Source of the DNA: Christensenellaceae bacterium
GTDB taxonomy: Bacteria > Bacillota > Clostridia > Christensenellales > Borkfalkiaceae
Assembly (NCBI GenBank): GCA_045644505.1
Contig: JAZRGZ010000082.1
Location: 1-57,750, forward strand
Length of the DNA: 57,750 bases
Direction: 5' to 3'
Within the stretch, counting starts at the first letter, position 1, and each line of letters begins with the position of its first letter. Below are positions 30,340-40,125 of the stretch, piece by piece. The translations under genes were made by a program, and so were the position numbers. Below the pieces are notes generated by a model, which worked only from the letters and a program-made list of their open reading frames with translations, was not told where the DNA came from and made no database searches.

Positions 30340-31309
30340 GTGTTTGTATTAAATATTTACCCTCGTCGTCTATAAACACGCTTACCGTACCGTTTACGTC
30401 AGTTCTATATAGACCGTAATCTTCTCTACCGTTAATAATTCTTGATATAACGCTTGACGACGGACAGTCTGTATTTCTTGAACTTACCGATATGACGGCA
30501 TTTTTAGGTTTTATCGTGTCCAAAAAATTTTTGCTAGTTGCGTTTTCATCTCCGCCCGAAGAAACTTTCAAAAAATCTACGTCTTCTAATTGCAAATTTA
30601 GTCCTAGCGAGCTGAATTGATTTTTATAGATATTGTTGCTATAAGCGTTGAGAATAAACTCTTCCTGAGTTTTATCTGCGTCGCCCGTAAATATAAATCT
30701 TACAGAATTATATTCGCAATACATTATCGGACTAACATTTCCTATGTGATACTTGCTAGGAGTATACTGAGAATTTAACGTAAAATACGGACTGTCATAC
30801 CCTTTTGACGGAGATAAGAAAGCTATATGAAATCCGTCTATTAGACAGTGTTGAAATTGATAAGAAATTTGAGTTTGAACGTTTTTATTATTCAATGCTT
30901 CTTTTGTTTTACTAAACGAGGGGAAAAGAGATAAATCGAGAATTTTCGGAATATATGCTATTTTTACAGTGAAATCATTTAAGAGGTCGGGCGTTGCACC
31001 TACGTGCTCACTTGTCGGATTAGTTAACACTAAACATTCTATTTCTGTAATTTTTAGAGAAATAAGTTTTTCTTTTACCGACTGATAAGTCGTTTTAGGA
31101 CCAGTATCTATTAATACACATTTTCCAGTCAACGTCCTAATTATAATGCATTCACCGTCTTCAACGTCCATAAAATGAACGGAAAACTTTTCCGGTTCTT
31201 CTGTTTCTTCGGTTGTTTGATTAGGTTCTTTACAAGCAATAAAATTAAAATTCCAAAAGAAAATAAGAACTAAAACAAAAACAAGTTTTCTTTTGTAAAA
31301 AGTTTTCAT
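30332..31309 (-). CDS. ComEC-type metallo-beta-lactamase-fold lipoprotein with degenerate metal-binding motifs
   Basis: Signal peptide plus lipobox (FIAC, Cys26). ComEC C-terminal domain pattern FMDVEDGECIIIRT..GKCVLIDTG, FIFTGDAD and DFLKVSSGGDENATS. However, HxHxDH is replaced by N97-P-T-S-E-H102 and HHGS by SSGG. Confidence 0.65.
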   Translation of the reverse strand: MKTFYKRKLVFVLVLIFFWNFNFIACKEPNQTTEETEEPEKFSVHFMDVEDGECIIIRTLTGKCVLIDTGPKTTYQSVKEKLISLKITEIECLVLTNPTSEHVGATPDLLNDFTVKIAYIPKILDLSLFPSFSKTKEALNNKNVQTQISYQFQHCLIDGFHIAFLSPSKGYDSPYFTLNSQYTPSKYHIGNVSPIMYCEYNSVRFIFTGDADKTQEEFILNAYSNNIYKNQFSSLGLNLQLEDVDFLKVSSGGDENATSKNFLDTIKPKNAVISVSSRNTDCPSSSVISRIINGREDYGLYRTDVNGTVSVFIDDEGKYLIQTQK

Positions 31310-31311
31310 TT

Positions 31312-32121
31312 TTATTTTTTACTTTTCTTTAAATTTTCTATATCCTTTAATATTTGTGGCATGTTTTCTATTGCGCACTGGTATCCTATGTCGTACATTT
31401 GACTACCAGCACCAAAAGATACGGATTTAAATGCGGTTAAATTAGGATGCAACATAACGTCGGCATTTTCATAACCTTTTTTCCAAGGTTCTTTGACTTT
31501 CCCTTGATACGTCGGGAAAATCCTTTCAAGTATTCCCGATTTAGGTTCGTGGTTAGCTAAATCTATGCCTATAACGTAGTCTGCCCCCATTTGACGCACT
31601 AAATCTGCCGGAACAGAATTAACGAACGCACCGTCTATATATCTTTTATTATCTATTACCACAGGCTTAAAAAAAGGCGGATAACTTGATGAAGCGACAA
31701 GAGCAGTCGCCACGTTTCCAGATTTAAAAACGTATTCGGCACCCGATTCTAGTTCAGTTGCAACAGCACGAAAAGGTTTTTTAAGCTCTTCGATATTGAG
31801 CGAACCTATTGATTTATCTATGACGTTAAATAAACCCGACGTGTCCATATTGATCATAAATTTTGACTTTACGTCGCCAACGTCTATTGTTTTTAGTAAT
31901 TCTAAAATATCAGTAGACGTATATCCGTTAGCGTAAAACGCCCCTATTATACTTCCTATACTCGTACCAGCTATCACGTCGAAATTTATGCCGTTTTCTT
32001 CCATAGCCCGTAGCGCACCGAGTTCAGCAAAGCCTTTTGCCCCACCCGAACCAAGTGCTAGGCCTATCTTAAAAGATTTCGGCTTTTTTTTGAACAGTTT
32101 AAACACACTAAAAAAACCCAT
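31312..32121 (-). CDS. patatin-like phospholipase
   Basis: Oxyanion GSGGAKG, nucleophile elbow GTSIGS and catalytic DGAF are all present. I prefer the ATG at 32121, behind AGGAAG, over 32157. Confidence 0.85.
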   Translation of the reverse strand: MGFFSVFKLFKKKPKSFKIGLALGSGGAKGFAELGALRAMEENGINFDVIAGTSIGSIIGAFYANGYTSTDILELLKTIDVGDVKSKFMINMDTSGLFNVIDKSIGSLNIEELKKPFRAVATELESGAEYVFKSGNVATALVASSSYPPFFKPVVIDNKRYIDGAFVNSVPADLVRQMGADYVIGIDLANHEPKSGILERIFPTYQGKVKEPWKKGYENADVMLHPNLTAFKSVSFGAGSQMYDIGYQCAIENMPQILKDIENLKKSKK

Positions 32122-32125
32122 TTTA

Positions 32126-32755
32126 TTATTCTTCCTTCTTGGGTTTTTGAAGAACAAGTTTTATAATTACTAAAATCGTTAGAACAAGCGCTAGAACTAA
32201 AAGTCCGTATAAAATGTAATCCAAAACTTCTATCGACCAAAAACGTACGCAAATTTCGGCAAGTAGGGCAATTATCGCCCCCGCAATAAAATTACCAAGC
32301 ACTACTGGTAATATGCTTTGAGAAAATTTAAGTCCTAAAAATACAGCTATTGCAGTACCCATCCAAACCCCCGTCATAGGAAGCGGAATAGCCACAAATA
32401 TACACACGCTTAACTGTTTTATAAAGGTTTCGGACTTAGCACGGTTTTTTTGATTTTGTTGTTGTTTTGCAAGCGTTTCATTTGCGCGGTCCTCAAAATA
32501 ACCTTCTACTTTTAAAGTGAAGCTTTTGAACCACTTAACTTTTTTCAAAAGAGCAAGCACTGGTTTTAACAAAAAATATACCAAAATAAACGCTAGCGTA
32601 GAGCCTAAGTAAGCGATACCGAACGCGCTAAAAAACCCTAAACCCAAACCACGCGCAAAAACTATACCGCCTTTTAGTTCAATCATCGGTATAAACGACA
32701 TGATTAATATTGACAAGACGTCGTTTTTTATTAAATTACTGATAAAATCTACCAT
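32126..32755 (-). CDS. integral membrane protein, putative small multidrug-export family (COG2426/PF06695-like)
   Basis: IPMIELKGGI N-terminal motif, about 5 TM helices, and a central charged loop. Only 4 nt upstream of the patatin gene. Confidence 0.55.
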   Translation of the reverse strand: MVDFISNLIKNDVLSILIMSFIPMIELKGGIVFARGLGLGFFSAFGIAYLGSTLAFILVYFLLKPVLALLKKVKWFKSFTLKVEGYFEDRANETLAKQQQNQKNRAKSETFIKQLSVCIFVAIPLPMTGVWMGTAIAVFLGLKFSQSILPVVLGNFIAGAIIALLAEICVRFWSIEVLDYILYGLLVLALVLTILVIIKLVLQKPKKEE

Positions 32756-32770
32756 ATTACGCCTAAAAAC

Positions 32771-32799
32771 TTGTTTTTATTTTATATATTAAGTATAAT
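32771..32799 (+). promoter_or_regulatory. putative promoter of the ttcA-like gene
   Basis: TTGTTT (32771-32776), 17 nt, TATAAT (32794-32799). Confidence 0.4.
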
Positions 32800-32851
32800 A
32801 GAAACAAATAAAAATTGCAACAAAATATACTACTCTTATAAAGGAAAAAGT

Positions 32852-33595
32852 ATGACAACTCAACAAATGCTGTCAAAATTAAGACGCGGGATATCTCAAT
32901 ATCAGCTTATTCGTGATAAAGATAAAATCGCGGTTGGTGTTTCAGGCGGTAAAGATTCAGTAACTTTGTTAAAATTACTTGCCGAATATCAAAAATTTTC
33001 GCCCGAAAAGTTTGAATTAATCGCTGTTACCATAGATTTAAAATTTGACGGAAAACCAACGGATTTTTCTTCTATTCAAAAACTTTGTGACGAACTTAAC
33101 GTAAAATATTACGTCGAAAGCACGGATATCGGGCAAATTGTTTTCGACGTTAGAAAAGAAACCAACCCCTGTGCCTTATGCTCTAAAATGCGCAAGGGCG
33201 CTTTATATTCCAAGGTAAAAGAGTTAGGTTTTAATAAAATTGCTATCGGTCATCACGCCGACGACTTGATTGATACCTTCTTACTCTCTATGTTCTACGA
33301 AGGTAGACTGAGCACGTTTGCTCCTAAAAGTTATCTTGACAAGTCCGATTTAACTCTAATTCGTCCCATGATTATGGTGGAAGAATGTTCGGTTACGTCC
33401 TACGCTAAGAGTTTGCCAGTAGTTGAAAGCTGTTGCCCTGCTAATAAACAAACTAAACGCGAATATGTCAAGACGGTTTTATCTAACCTTTCAAAAGACG
33501 TAAAAAATATCAGGGAAATGATTTTTACCGCTTTAACACACCCCGAAAGATATAGTCTTTTCGATAAGTTTGAAAAACAAATTGAAGAATTTTAA
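32852..33595 (+). CDS. PP-loop ATPase, TtcA-type tRNA 2-thiocytidine/thiolation enzyme family
   Basis: VGVSGGKDSVTL PP-loop, NPCALCSKMRKG and SCCPAN Cys motifs. I prefer the ATG at 32852 (MTTQQ), behind AAGGAAAAAG, over the TTG at 32771. Confidence 0.8.
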   Translation: MTTQQMLSKLRRGISQYQLIRDKDKIAVGVSGGKDSVTLLKLLAEYQKFSPEKFELIAVTIDLKFDGKPTDFSSIQKLCDELNVKYYVESTDIGQIVFDVRKETNPCALCSKMRKGALYSKVKELGFNKIAIGHHADDLIDTFLLSMFYEGRLSTFAPKSYLDKSDLTLIRPMIMVEECSVTSYAKSLPVVESCCPANKQTKREYVKTVLSNLSKDVKNIREMIFTALTHPERYSLFDKFEKQIEEF

Positions 33596-33601
33596 AATAT
33601 T

Positions 33602-33629
33602 AAAAACCGCTTTAATTAATGCGGTTTTT
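33602..33629. terminator. bidirectional terminator
   Basis: AAAAACCGC...GCGGTTTTT hairpin between convergent genes. Confidence 0.75.
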
Positions 33630-33633
33630 AATA

Positions 33634-34731
33634 TTATTGTATGAATTCAGATAAAATTTCGTCCATTTGGTCTTTTTTCTTTAACATTTCGCTTGCCAAT
33701 TTTATTTGGTTTCTTGCCCTATCCAAGTTTTGACCCGGATATTTAGTCTTAAAATAGGTGTCCCCTTGAATATAGTCTGTCAAAAATCTCACGGCAAGCT
33801 CGGTCGTTATTGAAAATGCGCCAAGGTTAAGCGTTTGTTTTTCAAAATCGGTAAGTGTGTCTTTAACTTGACCTATAAAACCTTTACAAAAAGCGCGGTA
33901 TTTATTTAAATCTAGTTGTACTTTATCAATATCAGGGTCTTCCTCTTTACACGTGTTAGCGATATTTCTTATAGAATCGCCAAAATCATGCGCCATTGCG
34001 CCGGGCATAACAGTATCTAAATCTAAAACCGACAATGCTTCACCGGTAGTTGCGTCTATCGCAACGTTGTTAAGTTTTGTATCGTTATGCGTAACTCTTA
34101 AAGGAATCAAGCCCTCGTCTAGATATTTTTGTAATTGACAAGCCGTTTCTTCATATTCCATAAGAAATTCTAACTCTTTTTTTACTTGTTTGACTCTTTT
34201 ATGAGGGTCTTTTTTTATAACTTTGCGTAAAGTCTTGTATCTTTCGGGTGTATTATGAAAATTTGGTATTGAAACGTACAATTTCTTAGCGTCAAATCCG
34301 TCTAGACAGTTTTGAAATCTACCGAAAGCCTCGCCTGCGCTTTCTATAATATTCATGTCGTCACAAACGTCGTATGTTCTTGAATTAGATATATAACGGT
34401 AAACGCGCCAATAGTCGCCTTTTTCGTCGATAAAAAACGGCTTTTGTTTTTCTTTTGTTAAAAACGCACGCAACACGAAACGTTTGGTGGAAAGATTTTT
34501 CTTTCTTATATTTTCTCTAACGTAATCGGTAACGTATATGATATTTTCCATTAACTTAGCGGGATTTTTGAACACCGATTTGTTAATACGTTGAACTATA
34601 TAGTTTTTTTCTTCTCCGTCGCGAACGTATTGAACGTGATAGGTACAGTTAATTATACCTGTTGAAAGCTCTTTACAGCTTACGTACTTTCCGCCGATTT
34701 CAAACGACGCACAAATGTCTTGAATAGTCAA
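33634..34731 (-). CDS. APH-fold sugar anomeric kinase, N-acetylhexosamine 1-kinase (NahK)-like
   Basis: IPLRVTHNDTKLNNV catalytic loop, LDLDTVMPG, HDFGDSIR, and C-terminal RFLTDYIQGDTYFKTKYPGQNLDRARNQIKL. These match my recollection of Bifidobacterium NahK. TTG start 7 nt after AAGGAG. Confidence 0.7.
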   Translation of the reverse strand: MTIQDICASFEIGGKYVSCKELSTGIINCTYHVQYVRDGEEKNYIVQRINKSVFKNPAKLMENIIYVTDYVRENIRKKNLSTKRFVLRAFLTKEKQKPFFIDEKGDYWRVYRYISNSRTYDVCDDMNIIESAGEAFGRFQNCLDGFDAKKLYVSIPNFHNTPERYKTLRKVIKKDPHKRVKQVKKELEFLMEYEETACQLQKYLDEGLIPLRVTHNDTKLNNVAIDATTGEALSVLDLDTVMPGAMAHDFGDSIRNIANTCKEEDPDIDKVQLDLNKYRAFCKGFIGQVKDTLTDFEKQTLNLGAFSITTELAVRFLTDYIQGDTYFKTKYPGQNLDRARNQIKLASEMLKKKDQMDEILSEFIQ

Positions 34732-34782
34732 AAGAATATCTCCTTTTTTGCTATTTTTATTAAGCGGTATTACATACCGATT

Positions 34783-36447
34783 TTATTCTTTAAATTTTTT
34801 ATCGTAAATTTTTACAACTCTATTACATATTTCTCTTGCTGAATTTTTGTGAGATATAAGTATTAAAGTTTTATCCTTTAAGCAATTAATATTATTCAGT
34901 AATTTCTTTTCAGTCTTTTCGTCAAGAGCTGAGGTAGATTCGTCTAAAAGCATTATGGGCGCGCCCGAAATTATAGCCCTTGCAATAGCAATTCTTTGAA
35001 TTTGCCCCTCGGACAATCCCAAACCGTTTTCTCCAACCTTAGCATCTAAACCTCCTTTTATATCTCTAACAAATTCGTCAGCACAGCTAATTCTAAGCGC
35101 CTCGGAAATTTGTTCGCTCGTAGCGTCTTTATTTATAAAAGTCAAGTTGTCGTATAAAGAGCCAGAGAAAAGTAGATTCTGTTGTGGTACGTAGGAAAAT
35201 AGACTTCTAGTTTTTTCGCTCAAATCAAACTTACTTTCTTTACAATTAACGGTTAAATTTCCACTCTCAGGTTTATAAACGCCAAGCATAAGTTTTACAA
35301 AAGTGCTTTTACCTATCCCCGACTCACCTTCTATTAATACGCGGTCGCCTTTATTAATTGTTAAAGACGCCCCGTCAAAAACAACTTCCTGGTCATACGA
35401 AAATTTTAAATCGGTAACACAAATATTTTGCAATAAGTCGTACACCGAATTTCTATCTTGCAGTAAATCTTGATCTTCGTTTTCTATATTTTCAATTTCA
35501 AGTATTCTCTCTGCCGAAGCCATCATAGCGTAATATTTAGGAATTACGTTAGATAGCGACGCAAAAGGCACTTGAACGTTGTTTACGAGTTGCAAAATTG
35601 CCGATAGCGAACCGTAACCCAAAACTCCGTTATAAATCTTGAAAGCGCCGTATATAAGAGCGAAAATATACCCTAAGCTAAAAATCATATTGTAAATTGC
35701 ATGACCGCCGACTGAATATTTAGCTCGTTTCATTTTTATATCAAAATTTTCGCGTTGAAGTTTATCTGAGTTATCGGTAACGTTCTTGTTTGCAGAAAAA
35801 ACCTTAACGGCTAATAGATTTTCTATTGTTTCTTGCATAAACGAGTGAGTTTTACCCGTTGCGGTTTGAGATTGCTTATGAAAGCTTTTAAGTTTTGCGC
35901 GCATTAGTGTAAGAGTTAAATAAACAAACAACCCTGCAATCACGAACACACAAGCGAATACCCAGTCTAAAATTACGATAGCAATAATTGCGCATACGAG
36001 TCTGCATACGGCTGAAATGACGTTTGGAACAATAGTAGTTACTGCATCGGAAACGACTGCAACGTCGGTATTTAAGCGGTTAAGTAAGTCCCCACTGTGA
36101 TAAGCTGTAATTTTTTGAAAATTCTTTTTTAGTATATCGCCAAATAAATGCGATTTATATGCTATTTCCAACTTGCCTTTGATATGGTCTATAAGGTAAT
36201 TGATAACTATTCTAAACACAAATTGTAAGAGTACAATGCCACCGATTAATATTGAGCCCTTTATAATTTGGCTTTTACCTATTGTGACGTCGGAATTAGT
36301 AGCACCGTCAATTATAATTTTAACGGCTACGGCAAAGAGAACGGATAAAAGCGAAAACAAGACGTTGGAAACGATAAGTATCCCCATCTTTAACGACTGA
36401 CTTTTTGAGTGCAGTTTTATCCACTTTTTGGCGTTCTTGTTATCCAT
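34783..36447 (-). CDS. ABC exporter, fused permease/ATPase half-transporter (MsbA/PglK architecture)
   Basis: 6-TM N-terminal domain; NBD with GESGIGKST Walker A, LSEGQIQR signature and MLLDEST Walker B. No C39 peptidase domain. Confidence 0.85.
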   Translation of the reverse strand: MDNKNAKKWIKLHSKSQSLKMGILIVSNVLFSLLSVLFAVAVKIIIDGATNSDVTIGKSQIIKGSILIGGIVLLQFVFRIVINYLIDHIKGKLEIAYKSHLFGDILKKNFQKITAYHSGDLLNRLNTDVAVVSDAVTTIVPNVISAVCRLVCAIIAIVILDWVFACVFVIAGLFVYLTLTLMRAKLKSFHKQSQTATGKTHSFMQETIENLLAVKVFSANKNVTDNSDKLQRENFDIKMKRAKYSVGGHAIYNMIFSLGYIFALIYGAFKIYNGVLGYGSLSAILQLVNNVQVPFASLSNVIPKYYAMMASAERILEIENIENEDQDLLQDRNSVYDLLQNICVTDLKFSYDQEVVFDGASLTINKGDRVLIEGESGIGKSTFVKLMLGVYKPESGNLTVNCKESKFDLSEKTRSLFSYVPQQNLLFSGSLYDNLTFINKDATSEQISEALRISCADEFVRDIKGGLDAKVGENGLGLSEGQIQRIAIARAIISGAPIMLLDESTSALDEKTEKKLLNNINCLKDKTLILISHKNSAREICNRVVKIYDKKFKE

Positions 36448-38265
36448 TTATTTTTTTTCCTTATAAACTGCGTACGTGGGAACGAGTTCTTTAACTATAT
36501 CTTTTATTCCTACGGATTCTTTTCTTGCAAGCTTATATAATTCCTCTATTCTGTCAATAAAAGTCTTTTCATCGAATTTAAGCGGTTTACCGATAGAAAT
36601 CATATCGTTAGCCGTTTTCTTCAAGCCTTCTTCCTTCATTAACCTTTCTTCATAAAGTTTTTCGCCGGGACGTAAACCTGTAACCATAATATCGATATCC
36701 TTAAACGGTTCAAAACCGCTAAGTCTAATCATATTTACCGCTAGGTCGTAAATTTTTACGGGTTCGCCCATATCTAAAACGAAAATTTCCCCGCCCTTAG
36801 CGTATGCGCCTGCCTGCAACACTAAACTTACTGCTTCGGGAATAGTCATAAAATATCTCACTATATCTTTATGCGTGACAGTGATAGGTCCGCCCTCTTT
36901 AATTTGTCTTTTAAATAGTGGAATCACCGAACCGTTAGAACCTAAAACGTTACCGAAACGCACGGCGGCGAATTCAGTTTTATACATTTTCGCCATAGAT
37001 TGAACTATCATTTCACAAATACGTTTAGTAGCGCCCATAATATTAGTGGGATTTACAGCTTTATCGGTACTGATAAGCACGAACTTTTCAGAGTTATATT
37101 TGCCCGCAGACATCGCCACGTTATGAGTGCCGTGAACGTTATTTTTTATCGCTTCGTTGGGACTGTCTTCCATTAAAGGAACGTGTTTGTGCGCCGCCGC
37201 GTGGAAAACAATTTGCGGTTTATATTTTTTGAATATTGTATCTACTTTTTTACGGTCCCTGACACTTGCAATAAGCACTACTAAATCAAGGTCGGGGTTC
37301 TGTCTTTTTAATTCTTGTTGAATATCGTAAGCGTTATTTTCGTAGATATCTACGATGATAAGACGTTTAGGAAACTTAGTTGCAATTTGACGACAAAGTT
37401 CGCTTCCGATAGAGCCACCGCCACCTGTAACCAAAACGGTCTTACCTTCGATATAGTCCATAATTTCTTGATTATTAACGTCTACGGGGTCACGACCTAA
37501 CAAGTCGACTACGTCAACTTCTTTTATGTCTGAAATTGAAACTTTACCGCTTACGATTTCCTTAAAAGCAGGAACAGCTTTAACCTTACAACCTGTCTTT
37601 TGGCTTTCGGCAATAAGTTTGCTTATAACTCGCTTAGGTGCCGACGGCATAGCGATTACTATTTCGTCTATTCTAAACTTAGTTGCATAAGTTTGAACTT
37701 CGCCCGTTCTTCCTACGATAGGAACACCGTGAATAGTTTGTCCTAATTTAAAAGGAGCGTCGTCTAACGCGCAAACGGGGTACATTTCCGTAGTGGGAGT
37801 GTTTCTAATTTCTCTTATTAAATTATCCGCGGTGTCACCAGCGCCAATAAATAATACTCTTTTTTTGTTTTTTCTTTTATTCGCTTCTATGCTTTGATAA
37901 AATCTGAAAATAAATCTACTGGTAAAAACCATAGACAGATAAAAGAACGAAGTAATAATTGCCCACTCTACCGTAAGAGGAGTGGAAATGTAGGCAACGA
38001 CAAAAGTATAACTTGCCGTAACTGCGCCCGACACAAAAATTTTTATCGCGTCGTCAACGCTCACGTACTTCCATAACCTTGAATAAAGTCCCAAGGCAAC
38101 GTTCATCATTAGCGATAAAGCTATTCCAGCAAGCATCCAAACGTAGCCGTCGATAAGGCAAGCCGTTACGTCATACCTTAAAAGCATTATGGATAAAGTC
38201 CAAGAAAGTGTTATTGCAAGAAAGTCAAAAATTACGTAAGCTAATAATTTAAGTTTTCTATTCAT
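36448..38265 (-). CDS. membrane-anchored UDP-N-acetylglucosamine 4,6-dehydratase (CapD/PglF/WbpM/EpsC family)
   Basis: 4 N-terminal TM helices, two Rossmann segments (IGAGDTA; VTGGGGSIGSEL), SDR active-site region (ISTDKAVNPTNIMGATKR). The stop directly abuts the ABC gene ATG (TAAATG). Confidence 0.85.
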   Translation of the reverse strand: MNRKLKLLAYVIFDFLAITLSWTLSIMLLRYDVTACLIDGYVWMLAGIALSLMMNVALGLYSRLWKYVSVDDAIKIFVSGAVTASYTFVVAYISTPLTVEWAIITSFFYLSMVFTSRFIFRFYQSIEANKRKNKKRVLFIGAGDTADNLIREIRNTPTTEMYPVCALDDAPFKLGQTIHGVPIVGRTGEVQTYATKFRIDEIVIAMPSAPKRVISKLIAESQKTGCKVKAVPAFKEIVSGKVSISDIKEVDVVDLLGRDPVDVNNQEIMDYIEGKTVLVTGGGGSIGSELCRQIATKFPKRLIIVDIYENNAYDIQQELKRQNPDLDLVVLIASVRDRKKVDTIFKKYKPQIVFHAAAHKHVPLMEDSPNEAIKNNVHGTHNVAMSAGKYNSEKFVLISTDKAVNPTNIMGATKRICEMIVQSMAKMYKTEFAAVRFGNVLGSNGSVIPLFKRQIKEGGPITVTHKDIVRYFMTIPEAVSLVLQAGAYAKGGEIFVLDMGEPVKIYDLAVNMIRLSGFEPFKDIDIMVTGLRPGEKLYEERLMKEEGLKKTANDMISIGKPLKFDEKTFIDRIEELYKLARKESVGIKDIVKELVPTYAVYKEKK

Positions 38266-40087
38266 TTTCTTCTCCGTTTATCATTATTTCATTGGAAACC
38301 TTAATTAAATTTTCTACTGACAAGCCGTTAACTTGCAATTGTCTAAAAACACTGCCATTTCTGACAAACTCGTCTTTTACACCGAAGTTTTTAACGACTA
38401 CGTCTTTATTTTTATTTGCGTAATAAGAGGACACCATCGAGCCGAAACCACCTATTAACGCATTTTCCTCTAATGTAAAAATTATTTTAGAATTTATCCT
38501 ATCGAGCGAAATTTGGTCTAAGGGTTTAACAACTCTTACAGCCGTTATGCCGACGTCTAGCTTGCTAGCTTTTTTAAATTCCTCAGCAAGTTCTAACATT
38601 CTCGGCCCGACACAAAGAAGCGTAAGGTCTTTACCTAGGCTGTAATTTTGCCATAAGCTTTCTCTTAACGAAATAAATTCTCTCTCAACTAATTGATAGG
38701 ATTTGGGATATCTTATCGCCACAGGAGAATTTAAGCTTAAAGCATAATCTAATGCGTCGTTTAACTCCAAATCACTATTAGGACATAAAACGGTCATATT
38801 AGGAAGATGTGTTAAATAACTCAAATCAAAAACACCTTGGTGTGTTCTTCCATCTTCACCAACTAACCCAGCCCTATCCAAACAAAATACAACCGGCAGA
38901 TTTTGCAAACATACGTCGTGTAAAATTTGGTCGTACGCGCGTTGCATAAAGGTTGAATATATTGCAACAATAGGTTTTAACCCTCCGACTGACATACCCG
39001 CGGATAAAGTCACAGCGTACTCCTCTGCAATTCCCACGTCTATAAAGTTTTTGGGGAATTTTTCAGAAAATTCTGAAAGTCCAGTACCGTCTTTCATACC
39101 TGCAACGACAGCAACAACTCTATTGTCATTTTCAACAAGTTCTTTTAGTTTTTCTCCAAGTGCTTTGCCGAACCCTTGCGTTGCAATGTTCATATTTTTG
39201 CCAACACCGTGATATAAATCAGAACGTTCTTCGGCTTGTCCGTGCCCTTTGCCTTTTTGCGTTCTTATGTGTAAAAACACGGCTTTTTCTTTTGAAAAGC
39301 GTTTGACTTTTTGTAAAATTCTTACCATTTCTTTGGTATCATTACCGTCGACCACTCCCACATATTTAAACCCATAATCTTCAAACGTTCTACCCTTTTT
39401 AAGTATCCGTTTAATCAAATTCCTAAATCGGATTAAAATACGAGTTAAAAAGGTATTACCGAAAATTTTCTTTAACGCGTTTTTACCTTTGACGTATTTC
39501 ACGCTTGCAGTCTTTTTAGAGATATAACCGTAAAACCCGTTTTTATTCTTTGAAATACTCATACCGTTGTCGTTTAAGATTACGATATAGTTTTTAGGTT
39601 TTACTTGCGAAGAAAACATCGCCTCTAAATTAAGACCGTTAACCAACGAACCGTCTCCGACAACGTTGATTACGGTATAATCTTCACCCAAAACGTCTCT
39701 TGCGCGACACAAGCCTAAACCCGACGCAATACTTGTGCCTGCGTGACCAGTGGTAACGGGGTCGTAAACACTTTCCTCTCTGTCAGGAAAGCCCGATAAT
39801 CCGTCGTCAGTTCTTATGGTAGAAAATTTTTCTTTTCTATCTGATAAAATTTTATGTGCATAACATTGATGTCCCACGTCGAAAATGAGTTTATCTTTTG
39901 GAAAATCGAAGACGCGATAAAGAGCAACCGTCGTTTCAACAATACCGAGATTAGAAGAAAGGTGTCCGCCGTTTTTTTCTACAACGGAAATAATCTCTTT
40001 GCGAATTTCGCCTGAAAGACGTTGAAGTTGCTCGTCGGTTAAATTTTTCATGTCATTAGAAATTTTTATATTTTCTAAAACGGTCAT
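38258..40087 (-). CDS. dxs: 1-deoxy-D-xylulose-5-phosphate synthase
   Basis: GGHLSSNLG, DVGHQCYAHK, GDGS...NDN ThDP motif, IAEEYAV, DRAGLVGEDGRTHQG. Its 3' end overlaps the dehydratase start by 8 nt. Confidence 0.92.
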   Translation of the reverse strand: MTVLENIKISNDMKNLTDEQLQRLSGEIRKEIISVVEKNGGHLSSNLGIVETTVALYRVFDFPKDKLIFDVGHQCYAHKILSDRKEKFSTIRTDDGLSGFPDREESVYDPVTTGHAGTSIASGLGLCRARDVLGEDYTVINVVGDGSLVNGLNLEAMFSSQVKPKNYIVILNDNGMSISKNKNGFYGYISKKTASVKYVKGKNALKKIFGNTFLTRILIRFRNLIKRILKKGRTFEDYGFKYVGVVDGNDTKEMVRILQKVKRFSKEKAVFLHIRTQKGKGHGQAEERSDLYHGVGKNMNIATQGFGKALGEKLKELVENDNRVVAVVAGMKDGTGLSEFSEKFPKNFIDVGIAEEYAVTLSAGMSVGGLKPIVAIYSTFMQRAYDQILHDVCLQNLPVVFCLDRAGLVGEDGRTHQGVFDLSYLTHLPNMTVLCPNSDLELNDALDYALSLNSPVAIRYPKSYQLVEREFISLRESLWQNYSLGKDLTLLCVGPRMLELAEEFKKASKLDVGITAVRVVKPLDQISLDRINSKIIFTLEENALIGGFGSMVSSYYANKNKDVVVKNFGVKDEFVRNGSVFRQLQVNGLSVENLIKVSNEIMINGEENE

Positions 40088-40125
40088 ATAAGCTCCGTAA
40101 AGTGTGCAAATAGGATAATATAAAT

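Noticed and set aside
31312-32121. Patatin as a CBASS CapV-type or other anti-phage effector
   Set aside because: There is no CD-NTase, SAVED, STING or other sensor gene adjacent. The protein is short (269 aa) and resembles housekeeping YlbK/RssA-type patatins. It is kept only as a low-priority alternative in the operon finding.
32064-32252. 62-aa minus-strand ORF spanning the junction of the membrane protein and patatin genes
   Set aside because: It lies out of frame across two well-supported genes and has no independent support.
34783-36447. ABC exporter as a bacteriocin or lantibiotic transporter
   Set aside because: It has no N-terminal C39 peptidase domain, and there is no small precursor peptide, immunity gene or modification gene nearby.
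38258-40087. Possibility that the dxs-like gene is a transketolase or other ThDP enzyme dedicated to sugar modification rather than true Dxs
   Set aside because: The sequence carries the Dxs-specific blocks (GGHLSSNLG, DVGHQCYAHK, DRAGLVGEDGRTHQG) and a Dxs-type domain order and length. The unusual part is the operon context, which is reported as a finding.
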